In this document: positions 33,295-45,373 of the stretch, one piece after another
Layout of the letters: every line of letters starts with the position of its first letter
How positions within the stretch are numbered: the stretch's first letter is position 1
From: Paecilomyces variotii
Lineage: Eukaryota
Assembly: GCA_004022145.1 (NCBI GenBank)
Contig: RCNU01000008.1
Length of the DNA stretch: 64,000 bases
Strand: one strand, 5' to 3'
Position numbers and translations under genes: made by a program
Notes under the pieces: generated by a model
Told to the model about the DNA's origin: nothing
Seen by the model: the letters and a program-made list of their open reading frames with translations, nothing else
Databases searched by the model: none

Positions 33295-34776
33295 ATGGAC
33301 TCCCAATCTTCTCAGACCTCTCAGACCTCCCTGGCTCCGCCAGCGGAGATCGCAGTGCCAAGCACCCCTGCCCGCCGTCCAACTCTATCTCCTTCCCCAG
33401 ATCTTCGTCCGATGACAAGCCAGGACAAGGCCACTTTATACTCGCCCCCACCGATCTCGTCTTCCGACATGACTCCCCCGCCTTCTACGCAGATCCCCGG
33501 AGCGCCCCTCAGGCGGTCCCGCTCCCGGTCCCGATCTTCCAACCGTTCTTTCCTTGCTTCCCCTCCTGACACTATCGATAAGAGCCTCTGTGCCGCATAT
33601 GGGGCGTCGGAGAACCTCCCGAGTGTCCAGGACATTGAGACGGCCGACGAGGCTCAGCTCCGAACGATTGCGAAGGAACTCCTCAGTGTAGCGCAGGAAT
33701 CGCGCATGTCTGCTCTGCATTTCAAGCTGCAAAACAGCCTGCAGACTTTGGCCAGCAGCGAAGCGGTGAAGCGGGCGGAGGTGGAACAGCAGCTGGCGAG
33801 GAGAGAAGTCGAGATCTTGCAGAGCTCAGAGTACCGTGATCGCCATTCCACTCCTGCCTCCAAGACGTCTGCTTTGAACGACCAGCTGCAAACCGCTCTC
33901 CGCCGTAACCAAGACCTCGAAAGAGTGAATGCTACGTTGGAAACGAGATTGCGCCGCGCAAAGAGGCTCATCCAGGAGGAGAAGGAAAAATTCGAGCTCC
34001 TGGAGGAGGAAAATGGCCTTCTCAAGAAGCGTATCAGAGACAACCGGGAGCACTTCTCGCGCATGATCGACCAAGGTTCGCTTTCGTCCAGTCCCCGCGC
34101 TGAATTCCAGGCTCCTCAGAGGAAGCCGATCTCTACATATCCCGAAAACACAGAGTCTCACTTGTCTCGTGGTGGAAGCCACGATGCCTTCGCCGCCCTC
34201 CTTGCTGCGGACCAGGTCTTGAACGGAGAATCTGCGAGCGTTGCTACGACACCCGACCGAAACCAGAGGCGACACAGCGGACATGTTCGTGGGGCTCACT
34301 CCATGTCATCTCTTCCTGCGACACCATCTCGGCCCAGGGCATTCTACGAAGCTCAGTACATGACTCCTGGAAGCAAGCAATTCGATGGTCGCGTGAAGAT
34401 ATCGGATATCGTGTCCCATGAACGACAGGCCGAGCGTGACGGCCACGACAGAGACAGCACCATCTCCGCATCTGACGCAAAGGAGGCCGTCACTGATGAA
34501 GATGTTCCTCCTTCCCAAGCTAGCTCCATGGCCACGAACATGCTACGTCGCAATCCTGGCGATCACAGTGCCAGGGCACCTGCCAACGTTGGTAGATCGA
34601 ACAACCTTTTGCAGACTAAATTGTTTGGAAGGGTCCAGAAGGCAGGTGTTGAGCGTCCGAGCCCCTCGAAACGCAAAGCAGACTTCGAGGAAGACAAGAC
34701 CGTCACGGCCAAGAAGACCAAAGCTCCTGCAAACGTCGGACTGGGCATTGGGCCTTGGGGCACATCTCGCGCATAG
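33295..34776 (+). CDS. Hypothetical coiled-coil, low-complexity protein
   Basis: Long ORF with central heptads (ARREVEILQ, LEEENGLLKKRIRDNREH). A likely 5'UTR intron (GTACGT 33215 to CAG 33273) favours the ATG at 33295. Confidence 0.8.
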   Translation: MDSQSSQTSQTSLAPPAEIAVPSTPARRPTLSPSPDLRPMTSQDKATLYSPPPISSSDMTPPPSTQIPGAPLRRSRSRSRSSNRSFLASPPDTIDKSLCAAYGASENLPSVQDIETADEAQLRTIAKELLSVAQESRMSALHFKLQNSLQTLASSEAVKRAEVEQQLARREVEILQSSEYRDRHSTPASKTSALNDQLQTALRRNQDLERVNATLETRLRRAKRLIQEEKEKFELLEEENGLLKKRIRDNREHFSRMIDQGSLSSSPRAEFQAPQRKPISTYPENTESHLSRGGSHDAFAALLAADQVLNGESASVATTPDRNQRRHSGHVRGAHSMSSLPATPSRPRAFYEAQYMTPGSKQFDGRVKISDIVSHERQAERDGHDRDSTISASDAKEAVTDEDVPPSQASSMATNMLRRNPGDHSARAPANVGRSNNLLQTKLFGRVQKAGVERPSPSKRKADFEEDKTVTAKKTKAPANVGLGIGPWGTSRA

Positions 34777-35414
34777 ATGTTTTACTTTCTAGTCACGGTG
34801 AATAACTCGCCGTTCTAGCTATTGCTTTCATAGCGCTTTCTCTTCATTTTTGTGCTGTCTTCTTGCCTACCTTTCTGATGAACATATCATGACGAGTGAT
34901 GAACATAAGCGTACTGCTGGATTTGGGTCAATAATTCTGACATGGATAAGGGTTTCTAATTGGGTTATTTATGCAAAATTGTGCTACATTTCTGTGTTGT
35001 CTTTGTGTGTTACAGGAGTCTAGAGGGTCAGCTCGAGTAGCTTTGGGGTCTCGAGTCTGCAAGTATAGCTTGCATTGAGGCTGAAGCCTCTATTATGTAT
35101 TTAGCTACATCCAAACAAGAGAAATCATACATCATCTGAAGATCATCCGTTTCTTTCCACCTCCCTCGTAAGTGTAAGTTAATCCGCTCCGTGAAGTACT
35201 TGAAGTGGCCCTCGCAGACTTCATTGATATGTCCCGGGTCCAGGGAAGAAAAAATAAGGATAATGGAACTCACGGCCTACGGATGAAGCATTTATGATAG
35301 ACAGTAATATGATCTTCAGATTATAATTCTTTAATTATTCAATTATACAATTATCAATTATTAGTATGAACTGGAAGTCATACTCGAAGACAGGGCTAGC
35401 CGGATGCGGTAAGG

Positions 35415-35424
35415 AGGGTAGGGC
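35415..35424 (+). promoter_or_regulatory. Homol-E-like ribosomal-protein promoter element
   Basis: AGGGTAGGGC is a 9/10 match to AGGGTAGGGT, about 160 bp upstream of the rpl13 ATG. Confidence 0.4.
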
Positions 35425-35579
35425 TCGCTAAGCGAGCTGCGGCTCTGCGCGGTTGGCCACACCAAAAAAAGTTCCACCCGAAATTGAAACGAAGCGCTTC
35501 TTGCCCTGGAGTCTCGAGACACGACCAGCAACACCCGACGACGACGACAACCCAGAGGACTTGATCCCCATCCGTCACA

Positions 35580-36805
35580 ATGGTGCGTTTCCTGATCCGA
35601 TCCGATGCGATGCTGTTCATTTGAGATGCTCAATCGTCTGAGCGAGCCTCGATATGATGTCTGTGGGGGAAGGATGAATTGCTGATCTCATGTCTCTTGG
35701 GTGCTTTATAGGCGATCAAGCACAACAACGCTATCCCGCACAACCGTGAGTAGAAACAGTCTCGAGCAGATTTATTTGGGGAATCGATATTGTCAACTCA
35801 GGAAATATGGTGATCTGACTGTTTTTTGTCATTTACAGACTTCCACAAGGACTGGCAGCGTCGTGTCCGCGTGCACTTCGACCAGGTACGCTCTTTTCTC
35901 CCGCACAAGTCACCCCTCGCACAATCGAGCCAGAATTCTACGAAGGATGGGAATGAATGGATTTCGATACGAGATTTTTATGGGAACCGTGAAGGGACTG
36001 ACAATCTGATTTTTTTTGCTCGATATAGCCCGGCCGTAAGCACCGCCGTCGTCAGGCCCGTCTCGCCAAGGCCGCTGCTGTTGCTCCCCGTCCAGTTGAC
36101 AAGCTGCGCCCGGTTGTGCGATGCCCTACCATCAAGTACAACCGCCGCGTTCGCGCTGGTCGTGGCTTCACCCTTGCTGAGTTGAAGGTAAATTCTCGGG
36201 TTCCCCCCCCCCCCCCCCCCTCTTCCCCCGCAATTCGGGCAGCCATTCGGTTATCGCGACATCTGAAATGAAACTCGACATGAAGGAAAGGAGAAAAAGA
36301 ACAAGAAACGGCTGCTTTGGCGGGTATATAAGAAAACTTCTCTGACAATCCTCGTTTCGAATTATAGGAAGCCGGTATCCCCCGCAAGCTCGCTCCCACC
36401 ATCGGTATCTCCGTCGATGGCCGCCGTACCAACTACTCCAAGGAGTCCCTGGCCGCCAACGTTGCCCGTCTCCAGGAGTACAAGGCCCGTCTGATCCTCT
36501 TCCCCCGCAAGAGCGGTCAGTTCAAGAAGCTTGACTCTTCCGCTGAGGAGGTCAAGGCCGCCCAGGCTGCTTTCGCCGCCGAGGGCAAGACCCAGGGCTT
36601 CGCTACCAACATCAACTCTACCCTGCCCATCAAGAACATCTCCGCCGCCGAGGCCGTTACCGAGATCAAGCGTGACTCGCTCCCCAAGGGTGAGGAGGCC
36701 GCTTTCCGCCGTCTGCGCGAGGCTCGCAGCGAGGCTCGCCTGGCTGGTGTCCGTGAGAAGAGAGCCAAGGACAAGGCCGAGGAGGCCGCCAATGCCAAGA
36801 AATAG
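35580..36805 (+). CDS. rpl13: 60S ribosomal protein L13 (eL13), 5 exons
   Basis: ATG|intron; [38 protein letters not shown]...[17 protein letters not shown]...; strong C/G-ending codon bias. Confidence 0.97.
36203..36220. repeat. C18 homopolymer in rpl13 intron 4
   Basis: 18 consecutive C. Confidence 0.9.
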
Positions 36806-37898
36806 ATGTGATTCTCTGTCGATGATGATCCGGTCGATTTTCGTGTCAGGGAATAATAGCTGGTGTGGCTTGTGGCGTGGCGTGGCGCCCTTCTTTTCAT
36901 GTTGTCCTTAAAAAACTCGGAACCTCTGGAAATGCAAATGTCCCAATTTCTTCATGTCTTATGACTTTTCTCCCTCCCTCTCTCTCCCTATATCTCCGTC
37001 AAAGAAACCAAGGGCATGAAAACGAGATGCCAGAAAGTGAGCTAGCCATGCCATATGGTTCAATGTGTGAAGACCTAGGAACAACAACAGTCTTCCTGAG
37101 TCCGAACATACCGGTACGTTAGTCAATGAGCCGGAAAGGATACAAAAAAGGCATAGTAAAGAAGGGGAAAGGAAAGGAAAGGGAATCAGAAGAAAGGAAA
37201 TACAGCAGTAGTATGGTTTCATCATGTGGAATGGCAACAGTAAAAAACAAAAAAGAGGAATATCCAAGATCAATATACCAGTCCTACTTAGTTATACACG
37301 AGTCCTGTCTGGGGTTTTTGTTGGTTTCATACAGTAGTTCCCTGTGTAGAAGATGTCTGTCCTTTTTCCCTTTTGGCTCTTGGCTCTTGGGGATGTCTGA
37401 TTTCTAGAGTTCATCTAGCGATTTATTATTTACTTTAGAGGGGAGTGTCTCGCGAGATATTAATATATCATGTACTGTACATAGTGAAAGATGAACTCAT
37501 GATATTCTATGCATAGAGGAAGTTGATGAGAGGGACATTAAAACATTTTTCTCTCTTCTCTCTCTTTTTTTTCTCTTAGGTTAACTGACTGCATGCACCA
37601 CAGCGTGGAAAGGAACATACACCTAGACAACCCAACGAATCCATAGGATGGCTCAGTGCTTAGAGAAAGTAATATAAGCTATAATATACATCTACATCTA
37701 CATCCACAACTATGCATAGAATAAACACAATTCAATAATAACTCTATACAATGGTATAATAAAATTCCCATGAACCTCGCGCCCCGCTGCAAAACACACA
37801 TGAAAACCGATAAACACCACGTCTTCGTTAAACCTGAGGTATGTATGTACTGTACATACGTTTCTGTGGTGGGATATTTTCTTTTCCTTTCTTTTTAA

Positions 37899-39872
37899 CT
37901 ACCTTGACCGTTTTGATTTAGCAACATCGTTCGGAAACAAGAGACTCATTACTCCTTCTGCGGCGCGCAGGATCGAATCACCATTAACGCTAGCTCCTAG
38001 GTCGTTTTGTTTGGTCGCTGCTCCGAGAAGACTGCGGAATAGTCTCTTCGCGTCCCGCTCGACTTTTGCACTTCCTGATTCCAGGACGGGGGTCGAGAGA
38101 CTGATTTCCGGATGGAGTTGCGGCTCCGCGGTCCATTCGTCGAGAGTTAATGTGCAGGATATCAGGATTCGAGGGTCGTTTGCTCGTCCTGAGGAGAAGA
38201 GCATTGTAGTTCGTTCTAGATGAGGCGCTAGGAGTCGAGGATCGGTTTCTAGATGCTTGTCTGGATCTGAGAATCGATTGATACCACCGCCTACGATCAG
38301 CGTATGATAACGGTTTTGTAGTCTAGCCCACAGCTGGGCGCGGGATATCGTAGCTTCCCAGTAACGGTTTAGACCCCAGCAGAGGCCTGAAATGTCGAGT
38401 TTTAGAAGAGGGCTAGAAAGTCGAGTCTGGATCCACCGGTTGATCTGGGGCGGTAGCTGAGCAGACTTGTTCGATACCGATATTGATGTGACGGACTGGG
38501 TGTCTGGGTTTGTTCGGAGCGTTATAGGTACTCGGTATATATGCTGCGGATATGGGTGTGGTGCGGACAGAGTAAGTTCATGCGTTTCGGTCAATGTGCC
38601 CGAGACTGATGTGGATAGCTTTGTGGATTGCGTTGTCAGGGTCAAAGGAGCAAAAACCGTGAGGTACGGTTTCGCGTCAGCCAGCTCCTGGAGAGCAAAT
38701 GGGTTCTTTGGGACTTTGGACGGCCGATTTGCCTTTGGTTTCTTTTTCGAGAAAGGGAGTAGCGAAAACAGGGCGGTTGATAGAGATGGAGTATCCGAAT
38801 CAGGAGTAGAATCTGGGATTCCGGTTGAGATTTGGGATGTCAATAAGGATCTAGCATAAGTCAGCCAGGTCTCACTTCCTCTTCTGCTACGTGTGGGAGC
38901 TCACATGAGTTTGCGCGTTTCATCGCTACTGCCCTCCAGATAAGCATCTGGATGTTCCGATCTCTTTGCCCACCTTTCCAGTTCCGCGACCTCGTCTTTG
39001 AGCTGACGAAGACGCGTAGATAGCTCCTCCTTCTGTCTCTCTTTCTCATTGACTTCTCCCCGCGTCTCACCCCAATCCATTTTTAGCCCTGTAGTCACAT
39101 ATTCACGCTCTTCCTTGGAAGGCCTCGTGGCGTGTTTGAGAGGACTCGATCCCACCGGTTCTGAGATGCGACGTTTCTGCCGTAGTCGACTAGGGCTACT
39201 GCTCAACAGCCCTCTTGGTCGTTGAGGTGCCTTTTCAAGGCCTAACTCGGTAGGCGTAGGTGGCAGCTCAGGTTCCCCATTGTCGCCTTCTGAAGATCTG
39301 GACTCGGATGTTCTTCTTTCCTCCTGATTTCCTGCTGCATCGCCCGCTTCAGGCGGCGATCGACTTTTAGATGCCGTAGCCCGCGTTGCGCGCACGGGTT
39401 GTTCCGATGCTGCAGAGGCTCCAGGAACGAGATCTGCGGGCGTAATCCTCGACGAGACTCTTCTTGGAGGCGCAGTGAAAGCCTGGATGCCGCTCGCTCG
39501 CCGTGGAGATGGCGGGCCCATGGACAACCTTGGACCTTTGCCTGGACTCCATGACGCGCTCAGCGAAGGCCTCAATGCCTTCCTGTCGCGCAGCCCAAAT
39601 GACCTCTCCACCGTCTGCGCTCTCTCACCACCTTCATTGTCTCGTGTCGTGTGTCGCTCTGGACTCTGTGTGGGTGATCGGGTATGCGCACGCTGTGGTA
39701 TACTGGATCGTGATCGCGCAAGACTAGCTTTTGTTGGCGACTGAAATGATCTCTGTTGCGAGCGTGCCGGACCATCATCGCGATGGAGGGGCTGTTGTGA
39801 AGCCCCCGATGCATCGACAGGGACCGATGTCGTCGAACTTGTCTTGCGCCGCTTGGCGGGTGAGGACAGCAT
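37899..39872 (-). CDS. Hypothetical protein: disordered N-terminus, coiled coil and probable tandem RWD-like C-terminus (candidate CENP-P/Ctf19), 2 exons
   Basis: ORFs 38901-39872 and 37899-38843 join in frame via intron 38904-38851 (GTGAGC..CTGAC..TAG). NLS-like PAKRRK, EPELPPTP and coiled coil LSTRLRQLKDEVAELE. The gene is well supported; the function is inferred. Confidence 0.8.
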
Positions 39873-40007
39873 TGGATGGGACGCTCATGGGACGGATACC
39901 CTCACCGAGCGAATATGCGACGCAAAGACAATCCCCTATTGTCCCCTCCTTAAAGCCCGCGGTTACTGCTCGTGTTGTTGTTGATTATTTAGATTCACTT
40001 TCCATCG

Positions 40008-40013
40008 ACGCGT
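40008..40013. promoter_or_regulatory. Single MCB element in a short divergent promoter
   Basis: ACGCGT about 135 bp upstream of the 39872 ATG. Confidence 0.35.
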
Positions 40014-40132
40014 TCCTGGATGGTCGGAAACCAGTTTGTGCTGTTTGCATCTGCATATGACATCGTTAACCGCCGCTGCCTTGTATCCGAATCGAATCAA
40101 TTGCTTTGCATCTTACCCTCTTTTTTTGCGAC

Positions 40133-40957
40133 ATGGAGCCTCTATCGCTCTCTACCAGAGGGCTCCTGCGGAGGAGATCCCTATGCCCATCCTGCTTCCG
40201 TCGCCATCTATTTCAATCCCGCTCTTTCGCCCGTCCTTCGCGCATTGCGCCACAATATCCCTCCGCCAATTCGGGTATCCGGAGCAGACACTTCCACCGA
40301 AATGAGCGTGGTCCAGAAGAGGAAGTAGAAGAGGAAGCCACCAGGCAGGCCTTTCCTCAAGGGAGCTATTATGCGGAGATGCTCGCTTCGCCGCATCCAT
40401 CCAGTCGCAGAGCCGTCACTACGAGGAAAATCGAACCTCCACAGAAGAAACCCACGCCCTCTTCGACGACCGAACCGCAGTCTCCGCGCGATCGAATGGC
40501 CATTGTCTTCGGTTCTCGACTCGCTGGTCCGGGCCGTTCATCCCGCTACAACCCGGCGACTACGCCGCCAGAATCCACATGGAAGACTGTCAACGGCGTC
40601 CCTATACCGCCTCGTCCGGTGGAACCTGATAACTGCTGCATGAGCGGCTGTGCGCATTGCGTGTGGGATGATTTCCGCGATGATATGGAACAGTGGGCAG
40701 CGAGGGTGGAAGAGGCGTATGCTAGGGCCAAGGCAAAGGGGCCTGAGAAGGATCTGCGCCAGATGCAAAGACCCGAGGTTCGGAGCGCGAGCGTCAGTAT
40801 GGACGATGATGGAGGTGGTAGTGAGACAAATTGGAACCTTCCCTCAGCTACGGATGAAGAGGAACTCTTCGGTGGTATACCGGTTGGGATTCGGGAGTTC
40901 ATGAGGACCGAGAAGAAGCTGCGCGAAAAGCATAAGGCGCAACAGCAAACTGCTTAA
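40133..40957 (+). CDS. Mitochondrial oxidoreductase-like N-terminal domain protein (UPF0651/YPL107W-like)
   Basis: PPRPVEPDNCCMSGCAHCVWDDF motif, PVGIREFM.EKKL and Arg-rich presequence. Confidence 0.88.
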   Translation: MEPLSLSTRGLLRRRSLCPSCFRRHLFQSRSFARPSRIAPQYPSANSGIRSRHFHRNERGPEEEVEEEATRQAFPQGSYYAEMLASPHPSSRRAVTTRKIEPPQKKPTPSSTTEPQSPRDRMAIVFGSRLAGPGRSSRYNPATTPPESTWKTVNGVPIPPRPVEPDNCCMSGCAHCVWDDFRDDMEQWAARVEEAYARAKAKGPEKDLRQMQRPEVRSASVSMDDDGGGSETNWNLPSATDEEELFGGIPVGIREFMRTEKKLREKHKAQQQTA

Positions 40958-41599
40958 GTTCGATTTTACAGGCGATGCCGCCGTGTATGACTGAAATCTT
41001 TCAAAGGAATAAAAAAACAAGAAAAAAAAATAGAGATTCCGGTTAGATCCTAATCTTTTGTTTGTCGTGTACTATTAGTTTCTAGCGATTGCATGATGTG
41101 TTGCATAATAGATTTCAGGGTCATGAAACAGAGAGTTTATATATCTGAGCCATATACCAATTAGAGATTGAATGCAAGTTATAGTGTATTTCTTCATATG
41201 TGATATCTAAACTAACATTTCGGATTATATTGCTATTATCAATTTCCCAGTAAATACTAGTAAGTCAAGCCAACAATTTCGAAGAATCCTTTGAGGTAAG
41301 AATCCGTAAGAGTAGATAATGATATAACTATCGAAATATATAAATATCCCCACAAACTGCCAAGACATGCCGGGCGGTCAACAAGAAAAAGTCCGATAAA
41401 ACCAACTGACCGCCCGCCATCATTTTCTCAGATCAAAAGACATGATACTTGATAACAATAATTAATCAAGTCCTCCCCACGACCAAAAGGAATTGCACTC
41501 AAGCGAAATAGCTTGAGGAATTCTCTAGTTCCTCCTCCTCTTCCTCCTATTACAATTATCATTATTATTATTACTCACTGAGTGAAAGAGACGAGGAAA

Positions 41600-42349
41600 A
41601 TGACAACCCCCACCAACGAAGCAGACGTGATTTTCAACAGGGCCAATATCGCCCTCGCACGAAGCCAGAGACTTGTCGCATCATGGCTTCCGCCCAAATC
41701 AGACGAGGAGCTCGCGCAGCAGACAAAGTCAGAAGAGGAATTGCAGAGAGAGGAAGATGAGATTTTCACCGCTGTTCCGGAGAAGTATGTCCCTCCCGAC
41801 CCTTCTTTTTTCTTGGAAATTTTTTCCCCCTGCTGGTTCTTGAATTAGATGGAAAGTCCATTGATTTGCTTCTGCTAACGTCTTTTTTCTGGGGATGTGT
41901 ATAGACTTGGACTCGGTGCTCCCCTTCCCAAAGCCACTGAAGATGGGAGTTGGAATCGAACCGAGCTTAGTTCGAATGATAAATTACGACAACAGCTGAT
42001 GGGTAAGGGATTTGCGAAGGCAATGGCGGCGAAACAGCGCCAACTACAGCAGAATATCAATAGACGTCCGGAACAAGGCAAAGCTGGCGCAAAGTCCTCC
42101 GCGAGAACTGAGAATGATGGTGGCGATGACGATGACGACGAAGAGGAGGGTCGTTCGGCGCTTGGGAATAAGAAAAGAAAGGTGGCTGCGACGGTAGTTG
42201 AGGATGGTGCGAATAATGAGATCGCTGAAAGCAAAGAGTCTTCTGCTTCTACTCCTGGCGCGGAGTCGGGACGAGGAAAGAAGAAGAAAAAGACGGGAAG
42301 TTATCTCGACGAGGTCTTGTCTCAGCGATCAAAGAAGAAGAAGAAATGA
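41600..42349 (+). CDS. DUF3245-like small acidic/basic protein, 2 exons
   Basis: NRANIALARSQRLVASWL, intron about 41785-41903, LGLGAP, DDDDEEEGRSALG and SYLDEVL..RSKKKKK. Confidence 0.8.
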
Positions 42350-43395
42350 GCTGTCTTGACGGGGTTCGAGGTTAAGAATTACAACTGGGGGTGCTACAAA
42401 ACGCGACCATCACAGTGGGCATCGCGGTCCAGCCGGAGCGAACATACCGTGTATCGCATGGGATGACAGGCGCTTCTCTATGCTGGAACAGCTATTCACC
42501 AAGGGACTTAGCTGGAGATATACATGTCCCAGGGAGACCTTCGGGGTCAAGGTGTAATCTTTGGACCAGCGAAGAGATTTTACGACTTCTCAGGACGACA
42601 ACGACCTCTGGGCCCATCAAGACTTTTGGGCCAAGAAGGACAGAAGACTGCAGGAGCGTTGTCTGTATCCCAGAAACATTTCCGTCTAGAAGTAGCAAGC
42701 TTCCGTGACACCTACAGAGATCATGCGGTTGGGGAGAAATATTCCCTCTTAACATCTGTCCACCTGCTGCATATCAGGATCTGAAAATTTCAATGTAGAT
42801 TTTGGCCAGAGTCTGGTCAAATTACCCAGATCTCCAACCAACTCAATACCAAATGAAACTTTTTATTCCAAGAAACGTCACTGTCCCACTGTCTTCCTCC
42901 TTTTGGACAAACGGGTTCCCACTAGCTGCATAAATGATCGGGCCTATCAAGGGCGCGGTTAAGACAACAAGACGACCATTGAGATGGGAGGTGATATATA
43001 AGACGCGGCACGAATAGCCAGATCCATGTCAACGCCAACACTGAGATGTATGGAGAAAATTGGGGCAAAACTCGCTTCCCGTTAGAGCTGGTCGCAAAAA
43101 AAAAAAACACTCAATATATAAATCCCGGGTCAAGAATCAAGTTTAGTAATTATGTAATAATATACAACAAAATGTCCAAAACAAACCGCGTCACAGTACT
43201 GTATGGATATCTTCACTGTGCATATGCGAATGCATCAATTGGATGGTATAGATATAACACCGACCGCCAATTGCAACGCCGTGTAGAAATTATGTAATCC
43301 AAAATGATATCAAGAAATGGCATATCGGACGGGGGCGAATCGTCCATGTGCTACCAAGATTCGATCGTCCGGGTAGATGCAGCCATATATCAGAG

Positions 43396-45373
43396 TTACT
43401 GCAGTCTCTTCCGCTTCCGGTCTTCAGCAAAAGCTGCTTCATCCTCGTCGGGGCGCTCTGCCGTTTCAGCAGGGTTCAGCAAAGAATGCACGTTGCTCGC
43501 CATACTCGAACGTCGCGTCGCAGGTAATGATGACTCATGTCGTAGGAACTTAGGGCCACCGATTGTCCAGCCGTTATCAACATTTATTGATGAAGGACCA
43601 TGGCCGGTCGTGAGAGGTGGAGTACCATGGCGGGACATGTCCTGAGGGCGCCTAGGCCCGCCCATCTCGTACTGAGCCAGGACTTCACGAACTTGCTGAT
43701 CATCTGGGGCGGGTGCTCGATGGGGTGACGGGGGCCACTGACTGTTCGGGTTCGCAGCTGTGTCGCCTGGCGCAGAGGGAGAGGTACCTGGGAGCCACCC
43801 ATGCTGACGGATGTCAGCCGAGGTGTGCCGACGAGCAAGATTTGGCCCCGGGGGAGACGAGACAGATGAAAGAGGATGAGGTACCGGAGGTTGTTGACCA
43901 GGGACTTGAAGTCGATTATAGCCCGAAGACGCGTTCGGTGCAGCAATTGAACCGTATCGACGCGGTGATACGGCCAGATGTTGCGGGACAGGGGGGCGAA
44001 TGCTTCCTCTCATAGCATCAACCATAGAAGGTCGGCGGCTTTCATCCTGTGGCACTTGGCGAGGGGAGAGCGGAGGGCCAGGATCAATGGACATATTCGC
44101 AAAGTATGGCTGGCGACCGGAGAGAAGAGTCTCCTGTGGGTTCTCTAGAGCCCGAACAGCATCCAATTGTCGCTCCACATCTTTTTGCATGTTCGAGACT
44201 GGTCAAGAAGTCAGCAAGCATCGCAGGCTTGGAAATGCTCCAGGATCCTCACCATCGCGGTATAACGGGCTGCTCCGATCCGGAACCAATGCCATCAGGA
44301 AATGGGACATCGAATGCGTCCACTGTAAGGCGTTAGATAAGGCCCAAGAGGGAGTGTAGTAAGAAGTCACAAACCTGGCAGCACTTGACAAGACTGTCCG
44401 TCATTGTCTGACACCTTGTGCTCAGAGCAGCATTACTCTCCTCCGCGCGGGTGAGACGACTATGCATATCATATAGGCTATGTTCAAGGTTCAAAAATCT
44501 CTGCTCCGTCGCATCATGGATGGGTTCAGCCGGAGCTCCTTGTTGGGGTACACCTGGTTTATGGTTCGAAAAGGAATCCCGATGGATAAGAGCATGCCGG
44601 GATGCGCGTCGCTTGATTTCACGTAGTCCGACCAGGTCTCCTCTCTTGAAGTTGCCATTCCCATGCTTGAACTCCCATAGAGCAGAGTCAGGCGAACCGG
44701 TGTGGAAGACATCGCTCACTTCTTCACCATTAGTTCCTAATGTACCAATGATGTCGGCAGGGGTACTGTACCTTTGTGGAAACCGTACATGTTCAATTGG
44801 CGGACGAATGATGATATGTTGGTATGTTTGAAATATTGTCTGCGCAGAATACTTAGTATTGTGCATTACAGCTGCAGGCGACTGGAGAGACGTACGCAAG
44901 AACTTTCGAAAATTCAGATGTGGGAGACATCACGAAACTCTCATTCGAACTCGACCAAGAGATCAAATGTTGAATGCTCTGATCTTCGAGCATACTGCGA
45001 AGTGTTAACGGTACTCTTCCCTGCGATAAATTCTTTCCACGTACTTGTATAGTTTATGGATAAATGCTGTCTGCACAACCTTGGGTTGCTGGGCCGCGGC
45101 CGCAGCCCCAATCGTCTGATTGGGAGCAGCGCTGTTCGAATTGCCCGTCTCTGAAGATCCATTTGTATTGTTCATCCCTCCGTGTTCCCCGTTTTCGGGG
45201 CTGCTACGGGCCTGGCCAGCCCCCGACGTAGGTGTGGTGACATCCATTGGGTCACCTGGTGAGTGATCCGAGGTGACTGAAGTGGTCAAGACAGGAAGAT
45301 TGCGCGTTTTGCCAGGTATATCCCGTGGGACGGAGAAGGGACTCCTCGCGGGTGGATCTGCCACTCTATTCAT
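43396..45373 (-). CDS. sfl1: HSF-type DNA-binding transcription factor, Sfl1-like, multi-exon
   Basis: Spliced HSF domain TAFIHKLY|NMLED..LISW..SFV..FSKVL|AQYFKHTNISSFVRQLNMYGFHK|VSD..WEFKH..FKRG; coiled coil; C-terminal VHSLLNP. Start codon is uncertain. Confidence 0.9.

Noticed and set aside
34875..34940. TGATGA x2 plus CTGA resembling a box C/D snoRNA
   Set aside because: No terminal stem and no rRNA-complementary guide that I could identify. It is better explained as an 11-bp direct repeat (TGATGAACATA) in a 3'UTR; snoscan or Infernal would settle it.
35583..36368. Intronic snoRNAs in rpl13
   Set aside because: No well-spaced RUGAUGA/CUGA pair or H/ACA hairpins were seen.
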